DNA from: Hypanus sabinus
Lineage: Eukaryota
Reading direction: 5' to 3'
NCBI RefSeq assembly: GCF_030144855.1
Contig: NC_082714.1
Span: forward strand, 94,612,001-94,676,000
DNA length: 64,000 nt
Positions 26,112 through 38,105 of the stretch are shown in pieces. The notes beneath the pieces are model-generated. The model was not told the DNA's origin. It did not search any database and saw only the letters and a list, made by a program, of their open reading frames with translations. Position 1 is the stretch's first letter. Each line of letters starts with the position of its first letter. The translations under genes were made by a program, and so were the position numbers.

Positions 26112-27403
26112 TGTCATAAGGTGGGCGTTGGGAGCGGACACAAATGCAAGACACAGACAGTGAAATACCAGGAACAGGACAAGGCGTGAGAAGGAAGCAA
26201 GGAAAGTGGGGAATATAGGACACCGGACATGACACACGTCCTGGACGAGACAAGGATTCCGGGCCTGGGCTAGGACGATTAGGATAGTGGAACCAGGACA
26301 TAGAATTGGGAACTAGGAGCCTGGGTTTGGACTCCGAGCCAGAGACTGGACAAGGACCCAGAACCTGGGTCTTGACTCGGGCTCGGACCCCGGAACTAGG
26401 CGAAGACATGACGAGGAAAGGCAAACGGACTGGACGAGTGACTCCTGGACAGGACAACGGAACCCCAGTACATCATAAGGGATCCCCAGATGCGGGTTGG
26501 GCAAGGTACTCCTGTGCTGGGCTAGGCACATGGACAAGACGAGAACACAAAACAGTGGCTTAGACAGGACAAGGTTAAGGTTCTTGGACGTGGCTAGGAC
26601 TGGACGAGACCACAAAGCATTGACTTGTTCGAGAAAGAGACAGGACCACAGAGCCTTGGTCGAGGGACAGACGGGAACGCAGAGCTTTGGTCGTGAAAGA
26701 AACAGGAACATGGAACTCAGAGCCGGGACCGCTCCTTGTATACAGGACGTAGGGCCGGATCTGATAGACAACGAGATGGTTCCCAACACTAGGTACCGTC
26801 AAACGGCCGGACCTACGTAGCGAAAGCGTGGACACAGACAGTTTCAAACACTAGGCAGCGGCAAACGGCCGGACTGTCTAGCGAAGGCGAGGACGCACAG
26901 ACTGTTCAAAGCCACGAAAGACAGTTTCTTATCTTGCTCCGGTGGTTGAACTAGACAGCGGAGAAGGCAAGGCTCCAAGTGAGGCAAGGCGAGGCAAGGC
27001 TCCAGGCGAGGCAGGGCAAGGAAAGGCTCCAGGCAAGGCAAGGCAAGGCTCTAGACGAAATAAGGCGAGGCACGGTAAGGCTCCAGGGAAGGCTCCAGGT
27101 GAACGCAAGACAAGGCAAGGCTACTGGCGAGGAAAGGCGAGGCAAGGTAAGGCTCCAGCTGCGGCAAGGAAAGGTGAGGCAAGGCTCCATATGGAAGGTG
27201 AACGGAAGGGAAGGGATACAGACAGCGGGTTTGGACAAGAACAATCCAGCAGCCGGAAGCTGAATCGTGAAGCTATTAATGAAGCCAGTCCAAACGAGAA
27301 CCAGCTGCCTCAACAGAAACTGTGGAAAACCGGAAAACCTAGAATAAGGAACATCGACCGGTCCGTGAACCAGAATGTGGATTTCATGGACTGGACGATG
27401 AAA
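26112..27403 (-). mobile_element. Second solo LTR of the same family
   Basis: Colinear with 5874-6935, expanded GGCAA-rich array at ~26970-27190, near-TSD ACTTC/ATTTC. Confidence 0.75.
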
Positions 27404-27699
27404 ATTTCAAATTTAACTTGTTTATGAATAAGGGAATGAGTTAAAGGACAAGATAGTCAGTTGGGGACCACTTCGTTCAAGCGGATTGGGGGCGAACTCT
27501 TGGAGCCGAGTGCCACACGGGGCTTTAAAAGTCAAGATGGTAGATATGTACAGTACAGTACAGTACAGGAAGAGGTAGATACATTTATGGACATGACAAC
27601 ATCAGCCATATAGGGAGAGCGAGGGGAAGAGACGGAGAATCAACAGGTCGATTCGCGATGGCCGAATAGACACCTGATTCTTTCTATGTTGTCGTGCTA

Positions 27700-28225
27700 A
27701 TTAATCCACAGAAAAGTTAAGATTCATATCCTTATAATGTCTAGAAACTACAGTGAGGCTTCGGCGCGTGATGGAGACGCTCAGTGTAGCACCGAGTGGT
27801 CGACTTAATCGTTTTTATGTTGATCGCAAGAGCCTCTGGACCTTGGTGTTGTGTTGCAATGTTACCTGTCCAAGTCATTGATTTGTTGGCGAAGCTTGGC
27901 GGAGATGTGTGGCTCGGCCTCAAGCTGCGCGTGTCGTCTGTTTGCAATCGCTCAGCGGGAGGCATCAGAGTGGGTGCGCTCCATTGGAGTGCCTGAGGCA
28001 GTGGGGCGTGGAGTCCATGCTGGAGTAAGTGCTTCCCCACCTCCCCCTACACCCCGCTACCCCCAGCGTTCGTTCGACAGAACACTGTATTGTGCTCGGC
28101 TGCAGATTGCTGCAACTTTCATGGCCTTTTACTGTATTTTTTGCATGATTATTTATACTGCAATCATATTTGTACTATATATAGCATGAGTTGTGGATGA
28201 AATTTGATATAATGTTTTGCACCTT
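27700..28225 (-). mobile_element. Rex1/Babar-like LINE 3' fragment
   Basis: Resembles the Rex1-type RT C-terminus and 3' UTR. Similar pieces occur at ~800-900, 25385-25720 and 52260-52600. Confidence 0.5.
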
Positions 28226-28295
28226 GGCCTCGGAGTCAATTGAACTTGACCAAATTTTGTCGTGAAAAACAATCACACCGAATAATGACTATTTC

Positions 28296-28560
28296 AGTCG
28301 AGGGTTTGGAGTGATGGGACGAAAAGAAAGGAAAACACTTCTACCGGTGGAATTGGCGTTGGATTGCAGAACAAGGGTAAAGAAAACCCAATTGAGATCA
28401 AGTGGCTCAGGGTTCATTTTCCGACACGAAGCATTGAATGACAGCTGGTCGTGTATCTCCCCAATCCCCGCAATAATAACTGTAGTTGAAAGAGGTAAAC
28501 AGGAAATACAAGTGTGGATACTGTTGAGAGTTTGTCGGGTGTACATGTTAACAATAGCAT
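28296..28560 (+). pseudogene. Highly degenerate C1-like remnant
   Basis: With frameshifts: VELALDC..NPIEIKWLR..NDSWS..ERGK..YKC. Confidence 0.3.
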
Positions 28561-29640
28561 GAGACATGGAGCCGAATTAGGCCATTTGGCCCATCGATTC
28601 TATTCCGCCATTCCAGAATGCCTGATTTATTTTCCCTCTTAACACAATTTTTCTGCCTTCTTCCCCGTGACATTTAACCCAATCAAGTTAATCCTGACTG
28701 ATCAAGAAACTATCAAGCTCTGTTCTAAATATAATCAATGGCTCTCCATTTGAATGTTATTCAGTCCTTTCAGTATTCGATATTTCTCAATCAGAACCCT
28801 CCCCCACTCATTCTATTAACCTCCAGCGGTACAGGCCCAGAACCATCAAACGCTCCAAATAATTAATCCAGTTCATTCTAGAAACCATTCTCCTGAACAT
28901 CCTTTAGACCCTTTGTAATGTCAGCACACCTTTTCTTAGGTAAGGTTCGCAAACTGCTCGCAATACCTCACGGTCTGATACTACCAATATGTTATAAAGC
29001 CTCAGTGTTACAGCCTTGATCCTGTGGTCTCATCCTCTCGAAATGAATGCTGACATTATATTTGCTTTCCGTATCACCAGTTCAATCTGCTACTAACTTC
29101 TAGGATGTCCTGACCAAGTACACCCACGTCCCTTTGCACCTCTGATTTCTGATTATATTTCCTTTCAAAAAATAATCTAGCCCTATATTCTTTCTACCGA
29201 AGTGTAACATCATACACGTCTGGGCTTCCCATTCCATCTGCAACTTATTGCCCTATTCACCAACTCTCTCTAAGTCTTTCTGCAGACTGCATGCGTCTGC
29301 AACACTGCCTGCTCCTCTTGGTATCGTCCATAAATCTGGCCACAAAGCCATCAATTCCGTCGAACAAATTATTGAGATAAAATGTGAAAAGGAACGGTCT
29401 CAATACCGATCACTGCGGAACACTAGTCTCCGGCAGCTAATCCTCAATCCATGCTACTACCTTTCTTGAAATACCATGAGCTCGCATATTTTTAAGCAGT
29501 CTCACGCGTGGCATCTTCTCAAAGGCCTTATGCAAATCCAAACTAAACAGTATCCTCGAACCTTCATTTGTCTATCCTGCCTGTTGTTTTTTTTTTTAAA
29601 GAATTCCAACGGATTTGTCAATCAAGATTTCCCCTTAAGT
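28560..29640 (-). mobile_element. CR1 fragment
   Basis: Antisense CR1 RT and 3' UTR motifs (taggccatt..ggcccatcga..). Confidence 0.75.
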
Positions 29641-31401
29641 AAGCAACGCTGACATTGACCCATTTTATCATCTGGCCCCATGTAACTCATGACCTCATTC
29701 TTAATGTCTTCCCAATTGCTGAAGTCATGAAAAACGGTCTATAAATTAATTACCTCTCCTTCTGTTTATGAAAACAGTTAATGAGATGACATTTAATGTG
29801 ATATATTGGCATTGATTGATGGTCTGTTAACGGATATGAGGTATTTTAACTTATAGTGATAAATATAATCCCAGAGCCAAAAAAAACTGAAATATAATGC
29901 GGAATATTTAAGGGCATGTAAGTAAGTCAAAAAGTGATAAAGACATTTTTAAATGAACAAAGACTGAAAGATGTTAATGTTCAAGAGGGACCAGGATTTA
30001 ATTTTAGGCATATCACTAAAAGTCAGTATGCAGGTACAAGAGGAATCGGGAGAACATGCGACCTGCCGGCTTTTGTTGCAAGGAATTGTTTACAAGGTTA
30101 AAGTTAGGACTAAAACAAAGTCTATTGTCTCTAGAAGAGCTGGATGTTACCTTACATACCTACAAAAGAGAAAGTTGGAGTCTGATATGTTTGATGCGGA
30201 GTCAAGAGGTCTCTTGTATGGAGGTAATTACAAACACAACCACGCTCTCAAAATAGTGCCGTCCATTCAGAACTGAGCTGAGAGGAAATTTCTTCACTCA
30301 CACCGTAATAAATCTCCAGAATTTTCGACGCGTATGGCCCTGAAGACTCAGTATCAGTTCATCGAGCTTCCGTCGATTTCTTTTGTATTTGGATGGAGAG
30401 GCGGGTATGGGATTATTATAGGAAGAGGTGACTGAGCTACCAATCCAACCATGTACTTATTGGAAGGAAATAAAGACATAGAATACCGTGTTGCAGTGTC
30501 AAACAATGCTCAGTTCAAAGTGACAAATCAAGAACAAGGACCACATGGTTGAGAGATGGAAGGGAATGTGACTTGACATAATCTGCTTTTTGCCTACGGT
30601 TAAAGCAGCTGGGCCCGCACAACGCTTTCCACGTGTGATCAGATGTGTAGATACACGTATATAAACAGGTAACTGGAGCGCCAATTTGTATGGCGAGGGG
30701 CTTTCCACAGAGTTGTCTTTAAAGCGGGACAATTTCGGCACCTTAATCTCATTTCTCTTCCCTTCCGAGCCCACGGATATCTGGGCAATCGTTTGGTGCA
30801 GACATCCCAGCAACAGCGACAATAGGTTTTATTACGGCCTGCATCCTAATCTATTTCCTTCTAAGTTAGTCTTTGCTGCTTCGAATTTGGTGCGCAATTT
30901 TGGAGCCAGATCATTGACATGATCACTTTAGGACAAGGGTTCCCAACTTTTTATTTACCATGGACATCCACCATTAATCGACGGGTCCGTGGACCCCAAG
31001 TGGGGAGACCCTGCCTTCGGGGAATTTCGGTTCATGTGATATTATACCGGGATAAACAAAGTGCAGCTTGCTCCATTTTTATCAGAACCCGTCAAATCTT
31101 AAAAATACTCTCTTGACGTATATAAAACATCCCATGTTGACTTTTGGAACGAGGACAGAGGATTCACTTGGCTTCAGTGGCTCAGAGTTGTCCATCAATG
31201 AAGATCACTGGAACATTACTGGATGATAATTGCATTCCCGCTCCCTGCCTCCGCCAAGGACTTCAATATGCTACCGAATACCGAATGTTCTGACACAGTG
31301 ACGTTAAAATGGCCTCCGTTGTTTGCAAAGGTCATCTCTGTTGTCTGACTCAGTGTCTCCCTCTGTTTATTTGTCTGCATCTCGATTTATCTTTCTGCCT
31401 A

Positions 31402-31405
<4 letters not shown>

Positions 31406-31474
<69 letters not shown>
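31406..31474 (+). repeat. (CT)n microsatellite
   Basis: Direct reading. Confidence 0.95.
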
Positions 31475-31476
<2 letters not shown>

Positions 31477-31610
31477 ATCTATGTATCTCTCCTTCTCCAT
31501 CGCTTTATCTCCCTCTCTATTCTCCATGCTCTAATGTAATTGTTAAGATGTAAGCACAACAGTCATACGGATTCCTAATATGTCAGTGATCGGACTCTGC
31601 ATTTACACAG

Positions 31611-31958
31611 GACGTTTATACTCAAACGGCATTTACTCAGGACGTTTAGCCCTCAGGACGTTTATACTCAAACGCCGTCGTCTCAGCTTCTTTCCATTGG
31701 ATGTACTTTTGAGCTGCATTGCCTGTTTACTAAGTGCGAAGGTTAAATGAGATAAACGGCACCAAGAACATTTACATTACGTTTACTCAGTGATGGAGTA
31801 CACACCTCCCGCTAGAAGATTATCAAGACAAGTTAACGGTGAAAGGACTATTTACTTCGTGATTGTTAATGACATCCAGAGGAATGATTCACGGTGGTAT
31901 TAATGGGCAGCCATGGCATTTATCAAAAAAAAGGTCGTCTCCAAGATGGTAATTACAG
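31611..31958 (+). pseudogene. Germline-joined VJ pseudo-exon (paralogue 2)
   Basis: DVYTQTPSSQLLSIGCTFELHC, +1 shift, AKVK*(W)DKR..RRLSRQ..YFVIVNDIQRNDSRWY*WAA (YYCAA)..SKMVITG. The 5' end carries a 46-nt tandem duplication. Confidence 0.8.
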
Positions 31959-32039
31959 GATAGCAATAGGTCGATTGTAATTAGTTGCTCAACTTTAACC
32001 TTGTAACTGTAATTGCTTCGTCATTCCAATCCGCGTCAG

Positions 32040-32313
32040 GGTCTCCGCGCAATCTTCTCTTAACACCAACGCCGAGCAAAATTCATGAGGTGAAAATAGT
32101 CTAGCTGATCTGCTTAGAGAAGAAAGTGGCTGACGATCCCTAGCTAATACTCTGGGATGTTTCGGGACGTGTGTCGAGGGATGAGCAGATTGCGGAGCTA
32201 TCTACCAGGAGGGGACGCAAAGTTTCAGGAGTCAGATCGAAGTCCAGGTGGAGATTTGCCTCGAATCAACGCGACTGGTAACTTCATCACTAACAGTGTC
32301 TTCGCTCGAAGAG
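32040..32313 (+). pseudogene. C1 pseudo-exon of paralogue 2
   Basis: Follows an 81-nt intron. Reads LLLTPTPS..LICLEKKVADDP*LILW (Cys+14 Trp)DVSG..EGTQSFRSQIEV and ends at a G|GTAAG donor. Confidence 0.75.
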
Positions 32314-34851
32314 GTAAGCCTGAGTGAGCGAGAATGGAGAACTTAACACAATTAACTTAACACAGTTAACTTAACACAAAATCATAAAACACTACAGCAC
32401 AGAAACAAGTCTTTTGGCCTACTTGGTTCGTGCCGAACTGCTGATATGTCAAGTCTCATGGACCTGCACCCGGAGCATCGCCCTCCATACCCCTTCAATG
32501 CTTCCACATACTCAAATTTCTCTTAAATTTTAAAATGAAACAACGGTCCAGCAGTTCCGCTGGCAGCTCATTTCACACTCTCGCGACCGTCTCAGTGAAG
32601 ATTTCACTCTTAAAAAAATAACCTTTCACCCTTAGCACATGGCCTCTTGTTCTAGTCTCATCCAGGTTCAGTGGAAAATGCTTTAAAGTCAATGTTTTGC
32701 TTAGAAATTGATCTTATTGGGGCCTGGTCTCGGGATTTGATTACCAAGTTGGGGGGCGCCAGTGAATCGGGGTAGAATTCCCTTACCTGATCTGGTTGCG
32801 TGGAAAACCGGAAAGGGAACCAGCAGAGACGGAGATCGAAAAATTTATAAAGGAACCAACTTCGGAGGCATCAGAGGATGCCAGAAAGTTGGAATTGTTG
32901 AGTTTAGCAAGACGGTTAAATCTCTCGGCGGTTCAACCGGCGATACGGACGTCAGCGATACAGAGAGCAATGGCCGCTTATTATGTATCCCAGAATGTGT
33001 TCCCGGTAGAGGTGTTGGAGCTGTTCCCTGAGAGTAAACCAGACGGGGGCGAGCTCCAGCTTCAGTTTGAAAAATTAAGGTTGGCTGAGGATGAAAGGAA
33101 AAGGGAGCATGTGTGCCGGATAAGGAAGCTGGAGGCAGTGTGGGAAAGGGAGGTGGCTGAAAGGCAGAGGGATGAAGCTGTAAGGCAGAGGGAAGAAGCA
33201 GAAAGGCAGAGGGAAGAAAGGGAGAGAGAGCGGCAGTTTGAGCTGGAAAAAGAAAGGTTAAAGGCATCGAGGGGAGAGGACCAGGCAGCAGACCCAAACG
33301 AGGGGTTCAAGATTGGTCAGTAGGTTAAGTTGGTACCCCCATTCGAGGAGATGGATGTCGATAGGTACTTCCTCCATTTTGAGAAAGTTGCTTTGAATCA
33401 GGACTGGCATAAGAGGAAATGAGCTGTTCTGTAACATAGTGTACGTAGGGGGAAGCATCAGCAAGCCTATTCCGCATTGTCTATGGAGGAGGCTAAAGAT
33501 TATGATGAAGTAAAAAGGGCTATACTGAGGAGTTACGAGTTGGTTCCAGAGGCATTCCGGCAGAAGCTCCGGAATTTGAGAAAGCCGTAGGACCGCACGT
33601 ATCCAGGGATTGCCTGTGAGATGCAAATGTATTGTGAGCGTTGGTGCACCTCGAAAGGGGTCACTGGAGATTATGACAAACTGCTACAGCTAATGTTGAT
33701 TGAGTAGTTCAAGGGTTGTGTCCCTGAAGGTATGCGGGCCTATCTAGATGAGAAGGAGGCAGAGATTCAGTCTGCGACTGCCATGTTAGCAAACGAGTAT
33801 GCCTTAATCCACAAGACAAAATTTCCCACAAATTAAAGCTACCAGAGTGGTAGGGACAGTAGAGAAAGCACACCGGCTAAGTCAGAGAATAAGCCGGAGC
33901 CTACCGGAAAAGGCAAGGAGGAGGAAAAGCAGGCTGGCAAAAAGCTACCCAGCTTTACTTGTTACAATTGTGGGAAAGCTGATCACATAGCACCTAAGTG
34001 CTCTGCTCCGAAGAATGAGTCAGGGAAAGGAAAGACGACAACAACGACTGGTTGCATTCAGCCGGTCAGCAGACCGATGAGGAGGGCAAGGTTAGATAGA
34101 GCCCAAGAGGGGCGCGAGAAGTTTATTTCGGAAGGGATGGTACCTGTGAAGGAAGAAGAAACCCCAGTTCCAGTACTGATCTGGAGAGATACTCGGGCTG
34201 GTCAGTCATTGATCCGAAGGAAGGTGTTAGAATTCGGTGCTGAGACCGAGACTGGGGAGGTAAATTTGATAAAAGGTATCGAAAAAGGGACTAAAGCTGT
34301 ACCTTTGTACACGATATTTCTGAAATGTGATCTGCTATCTGGATCAGTCGTAATAGGTATGCGGTCTGAACTACCGATGGACGGTGTGGACGTCCTACTC
34401 GGTAATGATCTTGAAGGAGAGGATGTGTATTCAGCAGTGAAGCTGACGAGCAAAGCCTGTAAGTGCTGGGAACCCGCCCATAGATTCCAAGAATTATCCC
34501 GCCTGCGCAGTAACTCGCAGCATGTCCAGAAAGGCGGCTGAGACAGGAACCAGTTTAAATGAGCCCGGTGTTGATTTAGCTGAGACGTATTTACCAGCCT
34601 TGTTTCAGAAGGGGTTACCGGACGAACAGAAAAAGTATAGTGGGGTTAAGGAAAGTAAAGGAGAGGAGATGGATTTACCATTAGAGAGGAAAAGATTTAT
34701 AAAAGAGCAGAGACGTGATGAAGAGCTTGTGGCCCTGAAAGAGACAGCTCTCTCTGAAGCAGAGATTAACAAGGAACCAATGAGCTACGACCTGAAGGAG
34801 AGAGTGTTAATGAGAAAGTGGAGGTCGACTACGGGGCCACTAGATGAGGAC

Positions 34852-35807
34852 TGGACTCAAAGATCTTGAAGATAAAATTAATGACCTGCTTAAAATTAAT
34901 GAGTGTTGTGGAAGTTCAGCAAATTGGCTTAGTTTGGAACACATTGGTGATACGCTAGCACATGTGAAGAGGGTCTGTGAAGGCCTAATCTGGACTAGTG
35001 AGCCAGCTAACCACGTGAGAGTTAAGTGGGAGTTGCCCAGAGAGTAACTGGGAGGATCAGGGGAACCTGGAATTTGAAAGGGGGACTGGTATTGAAAGCC
35101 TGGGAGAGGCAGATGTCCCGTTTGCCTTTGTTCAGGTTGTGAAAGTACCTGTGGAGGCACAGGGTGCTGAACCTTGAGTTGAGACTCAGGAAAGGTCTGA
35201 GGTGCCTGACTTGGTTAAAGAGAAATGCGATTCTTTTGGGTCAGATGGACTTGGTTCAGTGAGGAAAGGATTAACTCTGGCACCGGTAGAAAGTGAGGAT
35301 TCTCAGTCACTTGTGTTAACAGTTAGTGATGAGATGAAAGCTGGTGAGATGGATATTATTGAAGATATTGAGGGGAAAAGTGTTACCGGACTTTTGAATA
35401 AAGAAAATTTAAAGTCTGTTTTAGTTCCAGGACTGTTGATCAAAGTGAAGGGACCGTTAACTAAACAATGGTTTGTTAACAAGGTGCCTGCTAGTCAATT
35501 ATAGTTTGTTTTGAAATTTAGTGATAAACGACTTGGTGATATTGTTCAAGTATGTGATTTGGAGAGGCAAAATTTGAAGTGTTGTTTTGACCAAGAAGGA
35601 TCATCTGCAGGTGTTAAACTGGAAAATAATGGACTCAAAGATCTTGAAGATAAAATTAATGACCTGCTTAAAATTAATGAGCGTTGTGGAAGTTCAGCAA
35701 ATTGGCTTAGTTTGGAACACATTGGTGATACGCTAGCACATGTGAAGAGGGTCTGTGAAGGCCTAATCTGGACTAGTGAGCCAGCTAACCACGTGAGAGT
35801 TAAGTGG
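34852..35807 (+). repeat. 178-bp direct repeat pair (34852-35029, 35630-35807)
   Basis: Near-identical copies with one mismatch seen. Confidence 0.9.
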
Positions 35808-36527
35808 AAAAGAGGCAAGGGTTGACCAATTGCCACTTAGAATAACAGGATCTGGTTTTGCGGGAATTTGATTTTTTTTAGACGAAGCTTGTGAAAGATA
35901 AAGACACTATCATAGTAGATTGACTGAATGTTAAGTTTAAAAGTAAAATAGAGATTAGTATTTGCACAAACTTCCGTAATGTACTACATTATAATCACAC
36001 ATGTATTGCTTCACACTTTGTAATATACACCTAAGCTAAAAATTACTCCACAGTAGAAAATGAATTACCGGCACTTATCCAGGCGTTGCATCATTTTGTG
36101 GTCTACATTTGTTCGGCACAGGAACCATTGATAGATTATACTGATCACAACCCCTTGGTATTTTTGACTAACATGAAGAATAAAAATAGACGGTTATTAA
36201 GTTGGAGCCTGTTGTTATAAGAATTCGATATTAAAGTACAACATGTAAAGAGGACTGACAATGTAATTGCAGATTGTTTGACCAGGTGTTAAATTTGAAA
36301 TCATATCTGTGTTATTCTGTTGATTAATGACCACTTCTGTATTATATTAGTAATGTGCCTTACTATTTAACTTTCACCCGGTTAAAATTCCTTGAAGGGT
36401 GGGAGGGTTATGGGTGCTGAACAAATCAGATGGAAATGGGGTCCAGAGCTACCCCCTACCCCACCCCCCCCCGGAACTATGCAACTATGCTGCTAATGAG
36501 AGAGAGAAAGATGAAGAACAGAGCTAG

Positions 36528-36693
36528 NNNNNNNNNNNNNNNNNNNNNNNNNNNNNNNNNNNNNNNNNNNNNNNNNNNNNNNNNNNNNNNNNNNNNNNNN
36601 NNNNNNNNNNNNNNNNNNNNNNNNNNNNNNNNNNNNNNNNNNNNNNNNNNNNNNNNNNNNNNNNNNNNNNNNNNNNNNNNNNNNNNNNNNNNN
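36528..36693. other. Assembly gap (166 N) inside an LTR
   Basis: N run. Confidence 1.
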
Positions 36694-37509
36694 TATGGCT
36701 TCTTCACTGATGGAAAAGGTAAACAATCTTTTGCTACAAGGACACTGCTCCTTAACATTCTTGCTGAGACAGCAGGGAGTGGACTAGTTTGATGGACATG
36801 GAGATATTGAGTTGATGGATGGCTGATACCCCGTCAGTGGGGATAAAAGACGGATCTGGGGAGACACCCTCAGACACACCAGTAGACACAGAAAGAGTGT
36901 TGTGCTCCCACAGGAAGGTATGGGGCTTAGAGGACCGAATCAGGAGATCGGTCAGAAAGCTCACAGTGTGACAGCAGGGCCGGTGGTGGCTTGTGTGTGT
37001 GTCCACTCATGCCAGAGTGACGGGCCCACCACGGAAGAACGGACTAGTCGAGAAAGGAGGGGTCATAACCGAATGACCACATCAGTACAACGGAACAAGA
37101 AGACAATGGAAGGTTTGCCTGCTGCAGCTTCTCACATCTCGCTCGTTCTCGCTCTCTCTCTCCAACCTTGCAACACAACGACAGCTACCTCAGCACGAAA
37201 TGAACTGAGCTCTATATTCTCCTATGACAATTCATTTACCCCTAGACTTTGATTGAGCTTGTTTTTTTACTATTGATTATTATTCCTACATTTTTTTTAT
37301 AATTGCTAACCTGTTATATATGTATATTTGCATTTTTGATACTGTATTGTCTAGTTTACTAATAAACACCTTTAGTTACAGTACCAACAAACTCCAACGT
37401 ATCCTTCCATTTCTGCTGGTCTGTTAACCCAGTTACGGGGTACTTAACAGTAGATAATGGTCTGTTCTATTCTAGTCTTTCTTTCTATATTTCTATCGCA
37501 CATCTCACA

Positions 37510-38105
37510 ATACTTAAGCATCCCGTTTTCTGAGAAGCGTTTCAAAGTATAATTTAGTTACGATGTAAAACAACAGTATTTGCTTGAAATTGCATTCCAA
37601 ATTTAATTTATCACTTTCAAACCTGACATTTATTCGGGGTGACAGGATTACATTGAGTATCAATATTCCTTCAGAGAGAGCAGTCAATTCAACCTTTTTG
37701 TTCACACCAGCGTGTAAGATCCAGCTGACCTTCTTTCTCCACTCTAACCTCAACTGATTTAGTCTCCCTTACGTTTTTACGTCCTCTGTGATCTAGCTTT
37801 CTCTTGGATTCACGGCATAGAAGAAGACCGCTTGTCTATCCCCGCCGCTTCTTTTCGTTATTATTCTTAATATTTCCCTGTGAGAGCGAATTCCTCATTC
37901 TAGTAGATCAAAAATAAGTAGTTCAATGTCCACTAGTGTACCTATCCCGTAAACTCGCGTTACCAGTCTAGAGTTTACACTGTTTTTCCAGAATGTATTC
38001 TTCTGGCGTAAAGTTCCCGTAATGACTATCTGGTCTGGCGTTTTGGTTTCACAGAAATTTTGTAAAGGATTGTGTAATGTCACGTAACTTCAGCACGGAC
38101 ACTAA
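37510..38105 (-). pseudogene. Degenerate V exon plus possible C-exon start (paralogue 3)
   Basis: Fragments VRAEVT, LDW*RE, LRII..D..AVFFYAV and SVEVRVEKE G|GTCAG. After a 61-nt gap: ILSPRINVRFESDKLNLEC. Confidence 0.45.

Larger units (their letters stand above)
32718..37449 (+). mobile_element. Deleted Gypsy element, Gmr1-like order (RNase H terminal), 5' LTR missing
   Basis: Decayed Pro PBS. gag KLVPPFEE..YFLHFEK, CCHC knuckle CYNCGKADHIAPKC, protease RDT.A.QSLI. RNase H TDHNPLVF..NVIADCLTR runs directly into the PPT and an LTR at ~36408-37449. Confidence 0.85.

Noticed and set aside
25821-26237. ORFs spanning N runs, also at 36430-36792
   Set aside because: They are artefacts of assembly gaps.
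30780-30870. TM-like peptide IPATATIGFITACILIYFLLS
   Set aside because: No convincing splice sites or context.
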